A stretch of DNA of 64,000 bases. It comes from Antedon mediterranea. Taxonomy: Eukaryota > Animalia > Echinodermata. The first letter of the stretch is position 1. Each line of letters starts with the position of its first letter. The notes under the pieces are model-generated. The model made no database searches and was not told the DNA's origin. It was given only the letters and a program-made list of their open reading frames with translations. The translations under genes were made by a program, and so were the position numbers. The DNA is taken from the NCBI RefSeq assembly GCF_964355755.1, contig NC_092670.1:19020795-19084794 (forward strand), read 5' to 3'. Positions 25,733 to 38,200 of this stretch are shown piece by piece.

Positions 25733-27101
25733 CTATGTATTTTCGTTTTCTTTGTTATCAAACATTGAGACCAATAAATCGCGCTGACCTCCACCATTTT
25801 GAAACAATCGCATCTTCAGCGACGGTTTTGCAGGAGTTGGTAGTGATTTCTCATTGTCTGGAACATTTAGATCGTTTATGTTTGAAGGTCCTTAAATAAA
25901 GAACAAGAATCAATTATTATACTGTAGTATTATTTTAGAAGGAAGAGGTTATTGTTTCATGAACCTGGTCACAGCAGACCTGGCAAGGGGAGGGTAAACA
26001 CACAAGAATATAAATCCATGATTACACCATTGCAATAGAAAATGAATTCTATTGTTAATGTTTTCTATTGTACTATTGTATAACTTTACCTGGAGTTGAT
26101 AGCTGTTTACTTTCTACTCCCTTGAGAAGAAATTCAGGTATATTTGCTGGGTTAAAATCACAATCCTTCTTATGCATTGCAAGCTTTTGAAGTTGCCCGA
26201 TAAAAGCACATCCCAACTTGCGAAATGGACATGCAACCATGTGGTCTCCTATAATATTGGTCAATATGAAATCATTATGAAGCTGTGCTACCTGGAGTGG
26301 CATTCTAAGGAAGAATATTAAGATTTCATTTAAATAAAAAAACATAATATGTTGGTGTAATGATGAGAGATTTACCATATCTGTAGTAGGCCTAGCTGGA
26401 AACTTTGATATAATTTTACTTTACCTATCTTCAGGGCAAGTTTTCTTATGTTTTAACCATGCTGTTATGCACTAGGAGTAAAATAATAAATTAAAATAAT
26501 AACTAAATAGTATTTGTTTAAAACAATCACAAAGTCACAATACAATAGAATGTGAACACCAATGATTTTATTTGATATGAAATCCCTTTAGTCTTTATAC
26601 CTTCTTGCAGTAACTATGACCACATGGAGCACGCTGCGGTTTGATGAATACCTCTTGGCAAATTGAACAAAACAGATGTCGACTTACGGCTTCAGGATTT
26701 AGAAAATATCTAATATATAAGTAATCATGAAATTATTATAAAATATAAATAAAATTAAACAGATTATCATTATTTTAAAATGAAATGACTACTCAGCAGT
26801 CAGGGGTAGGGCCTACGCCTACCTGGTCCTAGCTAGGCTATTTATTAGATTACCTAAATAAATTAGGACTAATAATAATTGGCTAGCTAGGGCCTGATCT
26901 GACCCTCACTCGGCTATCTATCTATCCTGTACTACTACTACTAGAGGCTCTAGCTAGCCTACATAGGGCCTAGCCTAGACCTATGCGTTAATAACCATAA
27001 ATAAATAAGGCCAGGGCTAGGCCTAGCTCAGCTAGGTACCTTTCTTCTTCATCCTCATGCTGGTGATCATCCTCACGCTTTCGTTTCCTCTGCTGAGGCA
27101 T
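25733..27101 (-). CDS. RING-HC + TRAF/SIAH-type zinc-finger E3 ubiquitin ligase (RNF151/RNF41/TRAF N-terminus-like, no MATH domain), 196 aa
   Basis: Exons (minus): 27101-27040, 26709-26601, 26471-26425, 26304-26090, 25890-25733; 591 nt, open. Translation MPQQRKRKREDD...FCSICQEVFIKPQRAPCGHSYCKKCITAWLKHKKTCPEDR...VACPFRKLGCAFIGQLQKLAMHKKDCDF. This gives a C3HC3D-type RING, a C-x5-C-x11-H-x3-C finger, and an N-terminal NLS-like RKRKR. Confidence 0.88.
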
Positions 27102-27954
27102 AGCCTTGCTGCTATTGCTAATGAGTTTGTTCCTCTCTAACTAGCTGGGCTAGGCCTTTATAGTAATTATGATCAAAGAATATATATATTCTTTGTTATG
27201 ATCAAGTGCAAATTTATTTTTTAAATTTTGGCGCCGCTGATTATAGAGGGCGGCATTCATACTCCTTCATATTCTAATTTTCACCTTGGATCGCTCGTAC
27301 GATGTACGCACGCGCGTCCGATCGTAAACTACTATCAGAGCTAGCAATCGGATGAAAGGACGAGGCCATTACAAAACAGGGAATAAAACACTCACAAAGC
27401 TATTCAAATTCAGCAACCCATTCATTGGAGAAGCGTAATATTTGTCCCCTAATGTTATAATGGTATGGTCTTAAAGATTCATATAGCTTGAAGAAGCAAC
27501 AGCGGTGATGCAACATGTGCTTAGGCCCTCTACTACTAGCCTAGGCTAGGCCTAATAATATTTATCTAAAGCCTACCTAGCTAGCCTATTCTAGGCCTAG
27601 GAGATGAACGAGGTCGGGCTGGGGACCCGAATACTTTTCAGGACTCCAAACGTAAAAAAAAGTAAGTAGCCTACTACTACTACTAGCCTAGCTACTGTAC
27701 TGAACTGTAAATCCAAACATTCAGGGCATAGGCCTAGCCAGGGCCGGGGCGGCTACCTACCACTCACTCTGGTGGTGGAGCAAGCAATTGTCAAAAACCC
27801 AGGTCCCAGACAGAGGATTTGGCAGGGGTTTTGGAGGATGAGATATGGATGGACAATGTATGTTTAATTCAATAATATTAATGATAATAGGCCTACCTAG
27901 GCCTATATTATTATTATTATTATTAAATAGGCCTAGCCTATGTAGGCTATGTTT

Positions 27955-28834
27955 GGCGCTAGTTCCGTTTCGCACCTGTTTTTATTTCGACTTCCTTTTG
28001 ACTCCAAATTGTTAAGCAACTTATTGTGAATACCACACCTTAAAATTGGGCCTCATAAGTACTTTTATGAAGAAGAATCACATAAAAAGTAACTAATAAA
28101 TCCTTAAATTGATGATTTTACAGACATGTTTCTCGCATACCGTTCGCGAATTTAGCATACTCGAAGTTCAATATTTTCGTTTCTATGGAGCGCCAAAAGA
28201 GCAACAACAATAGATGGTTAAAAACTCCGTGGAATGCATTTATTATTGAAATACACGTTTAATTTTAATATATTTTGTCAATAAAAATGCTGTAACATTT
28301 TACTGCTAATAATTTGCTGTTTTCAAATAGCAACCAACCCTAGACCTAAGACTAAGACTATAAGACTAAGAGGAATATTATTTATTTATTTATCTACAGT
28401 ACATGTAATATGATGATGAATTTGTCGATTTTCATTCCTAAAAGTTCCTGCAAAAACCATGTACAGTATCAACAGTAATATTTTTGTTGCATTGACATTG
28501 ACAAAATATGATAAAATTGAACGTAATTTTCACCAATAAATGCATTAAATATACACAATTTATTGAGTTTTTAGCCCTCTATTATGATTGCTCTTTTGGC
28601 GCTCCATAGAACAACAACATTGAACATGGGAGTATGCGAAATTCACGAACCGATATGTGCGAGAGAAACACACCTGTAAATTCATCAATTTAAAGGATTA
28701 ATTTTTTACTCTTTGTGTGATCTCCTTCGTAAAAATATTGTTGAGGCCTAATTCTAAGGTGTGGTACTCACGATAAGGTTACTTAACCAATTTTGAGTCG
28801 AAATAAACGACAGGTGCGAAACGGAACTGGCGCC
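27955..28834. mobile_element. Foldback-like MITE with ~270-bp TIRs and perfect 8-bp TSD (ctatgttt); GG termini (Merlin/MULE-like)
   Basis: ctatgttt|ggcgctagttccgtttcgcacctg ... caggtgcgaaacggaactggcgcc|ctatgttt. Inner inverted match tctatggagcgccaaaagagcaa / ttgctcttttggcgctccataga. Confidence 0.9.
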
Positions 28835-28926
28835 CTATGTTTTAGGTCAGAGTAATGGTAATAACCCTAGCTAATTAAGTACTCTAGGCCCTAGGCCTAT
28901 TATTAAATTAGTAGTAGGCCTTAGGC

Positions 28927-29085
28927 CTGTCACACCAAAATTGGTCCTGCAGACCAGTTTTGGTGATGCCAAAATCGGTCCAGGGGACTATTTATGATTT
29001 ATGGCTACCAAAACCTGTCCGGCCTGGATAAAATCGGTCCGGGCAGTAACTGTTTTTGGCAGCCAAATATGGTTCGGTCTTACAA
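28927..29085 (+). mobile_element. Left end of the transposon family seen at 319-1988
   Basis: ctgtcacaccaaaattggtcc followed by repeated aaaatcggtcc/ggtccgg motifs. Confidence 0.55.
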
Positions 29086-30042
29086 ATATATGGTGTGCGA
29101 AATTAGTCATAATGTATATCATTCAAAAAATCCCATGAATAGTCATTATATTGAAAATTACAAGGTTTTATTTGTTATTTATAAATCGCCATACGGTAAT
29201 TATAGAAGGCGCTTCCGTTTGCTAAAAGTACGGTAAAATTGCATCCTAAAACTCGTACCTAAATATAAAATTTGTTCCTAAATATAAAACTCGTTCCTAA
29301 ATATTAAAACTTTTTCCCAAATATTAAAAACCTAACCCTCTAAATAATCTCTCTTAAATTAAAAACTAAAAAAAAAAGACATTAAGCAGAGTATCGAACC
29401 TCCAACCCCTTAAGCCAGAGCCTCATCACATGCCCACTAGGCTACACAGCTGGCTTGCAGAAAACCAATGCAATAACCTATTTGATTAACATCCACCTTA
29501 CATAGCGCCCTCTATAATTACTGTACCTTTAGTTTTTAAAAGTATTGATACGGTACCGTATCTTTAGCCATAACGAGTATACATTAAGCCTATTTTTTAA
29601 TTATCATTATTAGCAACTCATCAATAATTGTTAGCCTTTTTCGTGTACCATTTTGTTCTTTTGTTTTAAAATCTTTGTTTCTCCATGATTTAAAAAAATG
29701 TTTAGTGCCCAGGTAGAGTAGAGGTGGTGGTGGTGTCAGTGCATGAAGATCAGGAATCAGCTGGATGGGTGGTGAAACAATTTCTGAAAAATGTTTTGCG
29801 CTAACATTAAATTGCCTGTTCTACTTATTTTAGTAATAACTGTAAGGCAGCCCTCATTGATTAGATTCATAACTTGAAATAAAATGATCAATATGCCTGT
29901 TTGCCTGTTCTTCAGTAAAAAAGAATGGTATTCAATCTTAAGCAAATGCTTAATAATCATTTAACTGTTAAACAGTCACTGGACTTTTATTTCTCGTTGA
30001 TACCTGATCAAAATAGTAAATAGTAAAGCTCTCATAAACTAA

Positions 30043-30333
30043 GGGCCTGTTCAGACCTACGGAGTTATGCTTTCGTATTGTACACGGCGTACAACTCCAT
30101 AGGTCTGAACCAGGAAAAGATTAGTGTAAGCCACCTCGTACGACACATACTCTTTCGTTCGTTACGACAGCTCAAGGTACAAGATTAGTGAACGCCGCTT
30201 ACGATACCAAAGTTATGCATTAAAGTTTTTGACCTCTAACCAATCAAAATTACTCCTTTTCTGTTACAACGCTAATTATAATATGACACTGCTTGCGATA
30301 CGAAAGCATAACTCCATAGATCTGAACATACTC
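30043..30333. mobile_element. Harbinger-like MITE, TAA TSD
   Basis: taa|gggcctgttcagacctacggagttatgctttcgtat ... atacgaaagcataactccatagatctgaacatactc|taa. Confidence 0.75.
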
Positions 30334-30577
30334 TAAAACATTCAAATCCCGGATGTGAAACAACTGTTTGTTTAATTTGCCTCCATCCACCTCATCAGAT
30401 TACTCAAGTGCTGTGTGGTAAAATTCCTTGAAAATTTGTTTTATTAACCACATTTCATGCTTTCTTCTCCATGTTTGTAGTTACTAAGCAGAGCAGAACA
30501 AGTTTCTATTTATCCATTCACACACTACACCCTGCCACCTGAGTGGCCTGAATTAAATACTGAGCTTGGTACTAAAA

Positions 30578-30589
30578 GGGGAAATCCCC
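30578..30589. promoter_or_regulatory. Consensus NF-kB (kappaB) site GGGGAAATCCCC between the RING and CARD-CC genes
   Basis: Matches GGGRNWYYCC; G/C-rich motif in very AT-rich context. Function untested. Confidence 0.35.
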
Positions 30590-32270
30590 TAAACCCTCAA
30601 CCAACAAATCTTAGAAATAACACTTTTGATGTTTCCTTATTTTACAATGATTGGGTTGTTTGATTTCATTTTAACTGTATTAGTATTTGCTATACATACA
30701 ATAGTTATGTTTTTTTTAAAAATATGCTTCAATGATAATAACATCTGTTATATTTGATCTGAAATGAGTCATTCACACTCAGGAGGATTAAAGTCAATCT
30801 AGCTTAATTGTCTATAGATTACACTTACACCGTATATGTACAGTGTATGAATACATAGTATTAATATTGGTTTTGTTTTACTTTGTCGTTACCGGTATAG
30901 CGAATGTTCATAGATCCAGACAGAATGGTATGAATTATGAAAGGTCATAAAAATGTACATGTTTAACAAATATTCATACTCTTACACCATGGAGGTAACC
31001 ATCATGCTTCAACACAGTAAATAGTAAGAAAAATTCAAATTTAACCCATCAGAATTTTTCTAGCCCCAGCCTTTCAACCATTTCCTCCTCAATTACTCAT
31101 ATCCCTCACCCGCCCCATACTTTTTATAAACTGGGGGAGTACTAAACATATATTAATAATCTGTCAAAAGTATGTGGTGGCGGCGTTGGAAGCTGGATCC
31201 ACCCCTACTCCCATTTAAAATCCTTGATTGGTATGACACTGTATTTAGTCTGACTGAAATTGTACACCTTTGTTAATGACCACTTAATATCTAGGTACAA
31301 AGTATAAAAGTGCATGTACTTAAAACAAGGAGTTGTACTCCCTGCTTGAACTATAATCAATCAAGTGGTTTAGATAACATTTATTCTTTTGACACTTTTT
31401 TCAATACTGATAATAATATTAATTCCACGTGTATAAATATTGTATTACTGATTAGTGTCAAAAGAAATCTGCTAGTTAATCTGATTTGTCAGACACTTTG
31501 GTTAAAGATGTATTGTTCCACCAAAATCATGGAAAAATAAATATTTTACACTTAATATTAAAGTTGTTGACTTCCATATAAACAAAAATTAGCAAAAAGA
31601 ATGATTTCACTTATAAATAAAAGGACAAAAAACTGTTAATTTTTGCTTTAAATTACAATTTGTTCAGGTTAATTATTTTTTCAGCCATATTTTGTGTGTA
31701 TTAATTATGTGCTATATAATGGCATATATTCAACACCAAATTTTTTTTAGGAGGAAAATACATCATAATATAAATAAATAACATTTTTATGCATGACCTT
31801 GGTTAATAATTCCTGTAACTGTAGTACCAACGGAGGACATTTTGGCAAAATTCTGGACTAAAAGGGCTGCGCTTTCAGGCCTAAACAAATTGATTTGTCT
31901 ATATAAATAGTCCAATGTAACACCTTCAAGAAGAATAGAAATAACAATCTTATAATTAATTAACTAACAATATTGTAAAAAAAAAAAAATAAATTATAGA
32001 CGCATAAACTAGATAAAGTGTTGTTTTTTTTTTGTAAATATGAACTGCTTAACCCAGTGTGTGCTTTAAAATGTAATAAAGGCCAACAGGAAATATCAAC
32101 AGTGTATTATTGTTTTGTCAGCTTTAACCCGGACACACTGTACTATGTCAAGTACCATGTTCAGTAAAACTTTAAAGCTGCATTGATCTCCCAAGCAGCA
32201 GCAACATTGGACTATTATTGCTAATATTAGCTTATATTTAGGATTTGTTTGTAAATGTGTTTCTTTCTAA

Positions 32271-35200
32271 ATGATGAGATTCATCAGGCAACGAAGAGAT
32301 AGAACTTTGAGTTCAGGTAAGAGCTCAGCTTAATACACACATCTAATCCCACTCCACCTTTTGATTAAATAATCCTGGGATTTCTAGAATATTAGTCTGA
32401 AATATTCAGGATTACCCACTGTTCAGACGGTTCTTAATTTATTTTCTTTATTTAAATTTTAGGGCTGGATGCAACCAACCTTTACTATAACACTCCTAAG
32501 TGGTTCGATATTGTTTGCTTTTTAATATTCAATGCATTCATTTTAGTGTGCTTTTTAAAATAGAATCTGTAAAAAAAATATTGATTGGCAGCACTCATGC
32601 ATGGTAGTATAGAGAAAATGTTGTTTTGTTTTGACCTGTTTTAGAAACCTGTTTAATAATATGATATTTAGTTTTATAGAGTATGTTTAAATACTTCCTC
32701 CTAGAACTACGTGAACCATGAAATAAACAATAGGATACTCTTTTTGATATTTGCCCCATCTTTGATTAGCCTACGTTTCATTGCATTGTTGAATACTTAT
32801 AGTTAGTGGGTAGTGAACATAATCTACAGGTGATGTAATGTTTATTGGTGGATAGTTGTCCACCCTTTCACAACTTTGTGCGTTCAACTCACTTTTAGTA
32901 GACAACGGCAGAGCGTAGTGTAGAAATATTCAGAGTTTTTTTTCTTCAAATTGAAAAACTGTTTGCTAACTCCGTCTCATCTAGATTAATAGAAAAAACC
33001 ATAGAGATGTCAATACTTGATCAGTCTGCTGGTAAATCTATTATTGTAACTACCAAGAAGTAAAGCAGTATCATATTTTTCAACACTGTTTGACAGCAAA
33101 ATCGAGATTTTCAGAAAAATTTAATTCTTGTTGAAATAGAGTAGGAGTCAAGATTGTAACAAAACCATTTATTCATTCAATAAGTACGAATATAACAGGA
33201 AACTTTACACTGATCTGTTTCTAGGAAATGACTTTGGTTTCAAATTCTCGGAAAGCAAAGCTAAAATTACTATATTTACTACCACCAACTGAAGCATCTC
33301 TGCTTGTCTGGTCACCACACATTGCAAAAGTTTAAAAATGAGTAGCCTAGATTCTAGTACGTTTTTGCTCATTCTATAGATTTTTGGTAGTTTCTTTACT
33401 CAAACTTCTGGAATAATATATTAGTTTAACTGCCATAAGATATTAATTACTATTAAATATTGACTACCATAAGATATTACTATTAAATATGTATATACTG
33501 TAGTTACTCACTAGTAGATGTTTTAATCTAGTTTACTTTCATTTGATGTTTTTCAGATAACGAAATGAAGGAAAGCGTAGAAGACGCAGAATACGAAGAT
33601 TACAGAGTATTGTTAGAAGACAATCGGGAAAGTCTTGTGAAAGACATTAATGTTTCAGATTTCTTTTTTACACTTCGCAGTGAAAGTATTTTTGACATGA
33701 ATGATGAGCAAAGCATTACACAGAATTTGCGACTGTCAACTGACAAAGAAAAAGCAGGTACCGTATGTGTATGAAACATTTAAATATAATTAGTTTTTAG
33801 TAAGACTTATCCATCATAAAGCTGAATGAAAACTTAAATGTTGTTTTTTGTTATTTTTTTTTTATTGCTTCTGTCCTGGCGCCATTAAATATCCTAATTA
33901 TAGTCCAAAATAGTTTGAAAAAATTATCGTCTCTTATTTTCAAATCCTAGAACACTGTACATGTTAAAGTAATTTTAATGATCAGATTACATCTAAAAAC
34001 TTCCTAGACTTAGACTAACTATTATAAACAAAATGAAACTTCCTATTTCTACAACCTTCGAATGTTCATCTTCAATTTTCCATCTATTGTAAAATGAAAC
34101 ACATCATCTTAAATTATCTGGAAGAGGATATAGGATATTGTTTTCCTTAAATTAAACAGGGTTAGAAAAAGAAAAACAAATGGATTAATTGGGAAAATTT
34201 TCTTTTAAAATTTGTGTCACATTGTAGAATATTATTATGTTATAATATATGCATTTAATTGATGATTTCTTGTAACCTGACCATTTTTATTTGTAAAAAA
34301 GAAGTACAGATTTAATATTATTCCAAAACAATTAACAGGGTCTTTTAATTCGTCCTGTCATACACCTGGATATTGTTACACTTTAATTATTTTTTTCCAT
34401 TCGTACAAATTATCCAATTTTTCAACATAAACGTGTTGTTTGTACACAAATTTAGGTTATCCAAAACAAATACAATTTATAGCATTTAATACCATTTTGT
34501 TTTTTTTCCCGATGTATAATTGTTATTAAAATCCAAAATAAAATAAAAAATTAGAAAAAACAACAGTGGAATCATTTTAGCATTCTTAATTTGTTTATAT
34601 TCATATTTCATTTTTTTAAATTAATAATAAATTTAATGTGGGAAAATCAACAGTTGGCTAGACATCAATTGATTTAAAATAAATAAGCAAAAAGTACATC
34701 AATCAAAAAAGTATTACAGTAAATTGCAGTTATACATTGCTGTAACTTTGTTATTGTTTTATTTTTGCCAAATAGATTCAATTTAAAAAAAAGGAACAAA
34801 AATGTAAACATGTTTTTTTGTCTGAAAAAGTTCCCAAACAAAGTGTCAGAAGAATTGTCAACACCGTAAAAAGTTTTTTTTTTGCATGTAATATTGTTTA
34901 CGAGTGAAATTTGTCAGCAAAGTCTCTTGATATTCCTCCACAGTTTACAAGAAGGAAAATGTTTAGTCTCCCAAGGCGTTAGATTAATAATAGCTTGTAA
35001 GGTCCGTAGTTGTTTACTTTACTATGTACTTTGTTTATTAGCTTTTATCCCTCTTTAAACTTTCACTTTAGGGGGTATCGACACTGCCAAGTTGAGTTTT
35101 ACAAAGTGAAACTCTCTCCGTTAATTATAAAACGAAAATCTTTAAAAGACTAATCGTGCAATCAAGAAAGTAGGCAATTTATTAGTATGTATAATTCATT

Positions 35201-38200
35201 TTAATATATTCAATATTGAAATTGATTAATTTTGCAGTAAAATTAGTTGTTATGATATCTTTAAAAGACTAATCGTGCAATCAAGAAAGTAGGCAATTTA
35301 TTAATATGTGTAATTCATTTAAATATATTCAATACTGAAATTGATTAATTTGGCAGTAAAATTAGTCGTTATGAAATTGACCATTTTGACAATTATTGTA
35401 ACTTTGCAGGGAGACAAATATTTAGTTTTTCTACCTCTGTATTTTTGTTGCCAAAGGCTGGGGATACCAACTACAGTATTCTGAAAAAGACCCCTTTGTA
35501 TTGTTGTAGTAATAAAATTCAATACAAAGGTATTTTTTTCCTTCTTTTTTTACTTTTAAAAAATGTTCTGCCCTTGTGTTATTATTTGGTTTTCTCCCCT
35601 TCCATCTTGTAATATTTACAATGTTTGTCAGTTTTAAAGTTGGTATTGTGTAAATAGTTTTATTACTTACGGGAACTGCCAATATTCTAAAAAAAGAAGA
35701 ATATTTGAAAATATTAATAAACTGCACAGTTTAAACTGTATTAAGGAAGTCTATATTGAAAAAGGGTTTGATCCGGTTTCTGCTTCATTACAATCCCAAC
35801 AAGAAAACAATACATTTACAAGATGAATCATTGAAACGAAAATATTAATAATAATAAATAAGACTATTTTGATAGATTCCTATCTTATAAGGAAGTTCAG
35901 TTTGAAATAATTTTACTTATCCTGTTTAAAAAATATACCGTACTGACGCGGGTATAAGCCCACCCCCCTCGAACATGAAATCACGTCAAGTTTGGGGCTT
36001 ATACCCGAGGATCCAAAAATGCAGATCGTCAAAAACAGCACATGTACACTGTGTATTCCACCATGCGAGCGAGCGCCCTCACATGTACGACGTTGCCTCT
36101 AAATACACGAGGTGTAGAGTGTCGGAAAATTAAGTTTATAGTTCGTGTAATTTATCGTAAAATATCTTATTTTAAACATCAATTTAACAAGAATTTATCA
36201 AGCAGAAAAGCAAGTATACAATGTTCGTTAAATAGAAATGTACCAAAGAAATTTAATAAGTTTGTTTATGGCAGCCGATACCAAATAGTGGTTTTCCGTT
36301 TTGGCGACTTGTAGCGTCGTGTGTGAAGCGATCTTCGACCGCGATGGAGTGTAAACAAAACAGGACCGCTAGGCCTCATATGGCCTAGCGTATATTAGCC
36401 TAGCTTGGTTATGATCAAAGGTAGGTGTATTCGGTGTATGGACGTCGCCAAATACAAAATAATGTATTACGACACACACTGTAGATCTTCGAATTAATGA
36501 GTGGGCTTATACCCGAGTGCCTCATTTTTCATGAAAATTAGTCAAAAGTTGGGGGTGGGCTTATACCCGAGTATGGGCTTATACCCGCGTCAGTACGGTA
36601 GTTATATATTGATTTATCAAAGAAAACATCTCAAAATTAGAAAACTAAAATTGTTATTTCTGTGATTTTCTGGGTCTTTTCAATATAACGTTGTTTATAA
36701 ACCTAAACCAGGATGCAAAGTACCATTTGATTATAAATCTAAAAATACACAATAAATGGTTACATACATGGTCAAAGTGAATAACTATTATGACCTTAAA
36801 ATGCCATATTCAACAAAAGGAGTTAATGTTCAAATTATTTTTCAGGGAGACTTTAAGGAAGTTAATAAACTGTCTGTATATGAAATTTCTCCTATTTATT
36901 TTACCATGTTCTTGGCAACAAAACATGTTTGCACTTCCATTACTCCTCAATGAATCAATTATATCAAGGAAGTTTTTTTGATAAAAAGAAAATGTCTAAA
37001 AATAAGACATTTACAGTCTAAATTAATGATGATTGATTTACAATATGCTGTTTCAATATTAAAACTGATTTCCATTTAGTTGATAAAACATTGTAGTGGA
37101 TATTTAATGGGGTGTAAACGGATAATAAAACCATAAAGCTAACCCACAGATACCCATTTCATTACACTCCTCAGCAATCTATTTCGGAAGAATTTATTTT
37201 GAGGAGGACTTCATTTAGGGTCTGTTTCCCACATGGTGCCGAAGAAATCCATTTTCATTAATTCAAAATAGATTTTAGAATATAATTTGTTTTTATTGCC
37301 CACATTTCAGCTAAATGCAAAATACTGTTTGAATCTGTATTCAAACATTCAAGATGCTTGAAAGGTCAACGGCCAGAATTAAAGTTGCACTGCGATAACC
37401 TGAAATTATGTTATACTGTAGGCTTCTTTTTATATGGACTTCTTTGAAAAACCTTATATGGACTTCCTTGTGATGTGGGCCTTTTTAAGACCCTTGGGTG
37501 GACGACTTCCTTAGATTTACTTAAATCCTGCACTGAGCTTGTTTTTCAGTAATAAGTAAATGCTATATTATAATATGATTAGGATAAAGTGTAAAACCTC
37601 CGGATATGTATTTATGAATATAATATTCGTACATCCCACTACTGTACTACTTGAGAATGAGTTTGCACTTTTATCTACTACTTAGTTTTATGACCTTCAA
37701 CAGTTATTTTTATCATTTAATGTATTTTCAATTTCAATTTAAATACTTTATGGAAAAAAGATAAACAAAATTAGAGGACTTGCTGTATTCTAAAAAGGTA
37801 CTTAATCAATTCATTTTAAGAGAACTTCAGTTACGTATTCAAACTTGAGTTTGTCGGCAATTTCCTTTCTCCTGTTAAAGTCCATCCTACAACATAGACT
37901 TTTTAAGCAGACCAGAAGGTAGACAAACAAATCATTCACATTTATGAAAACAAAAATAGCATCAGTCATGATAGAATCATGATACCAGTTTTAAAATAAC
38001 TCTCAAATTATCAAACCTTTACAGAAAGTTTCCGATATTTTTGTTTCGTTTTTATGTTGGCTATTTACTTGTCTCACGTTAAACGTGAAGGATTACTCGA
38101 TTTCCTCAAACAATGTTTACCATTCAGTCAAAACTATTTACGATTAGATGTTGACTTACGCTGAAATGTCCGGGGAGTTTCGAAACACTAATGAAGTCTA

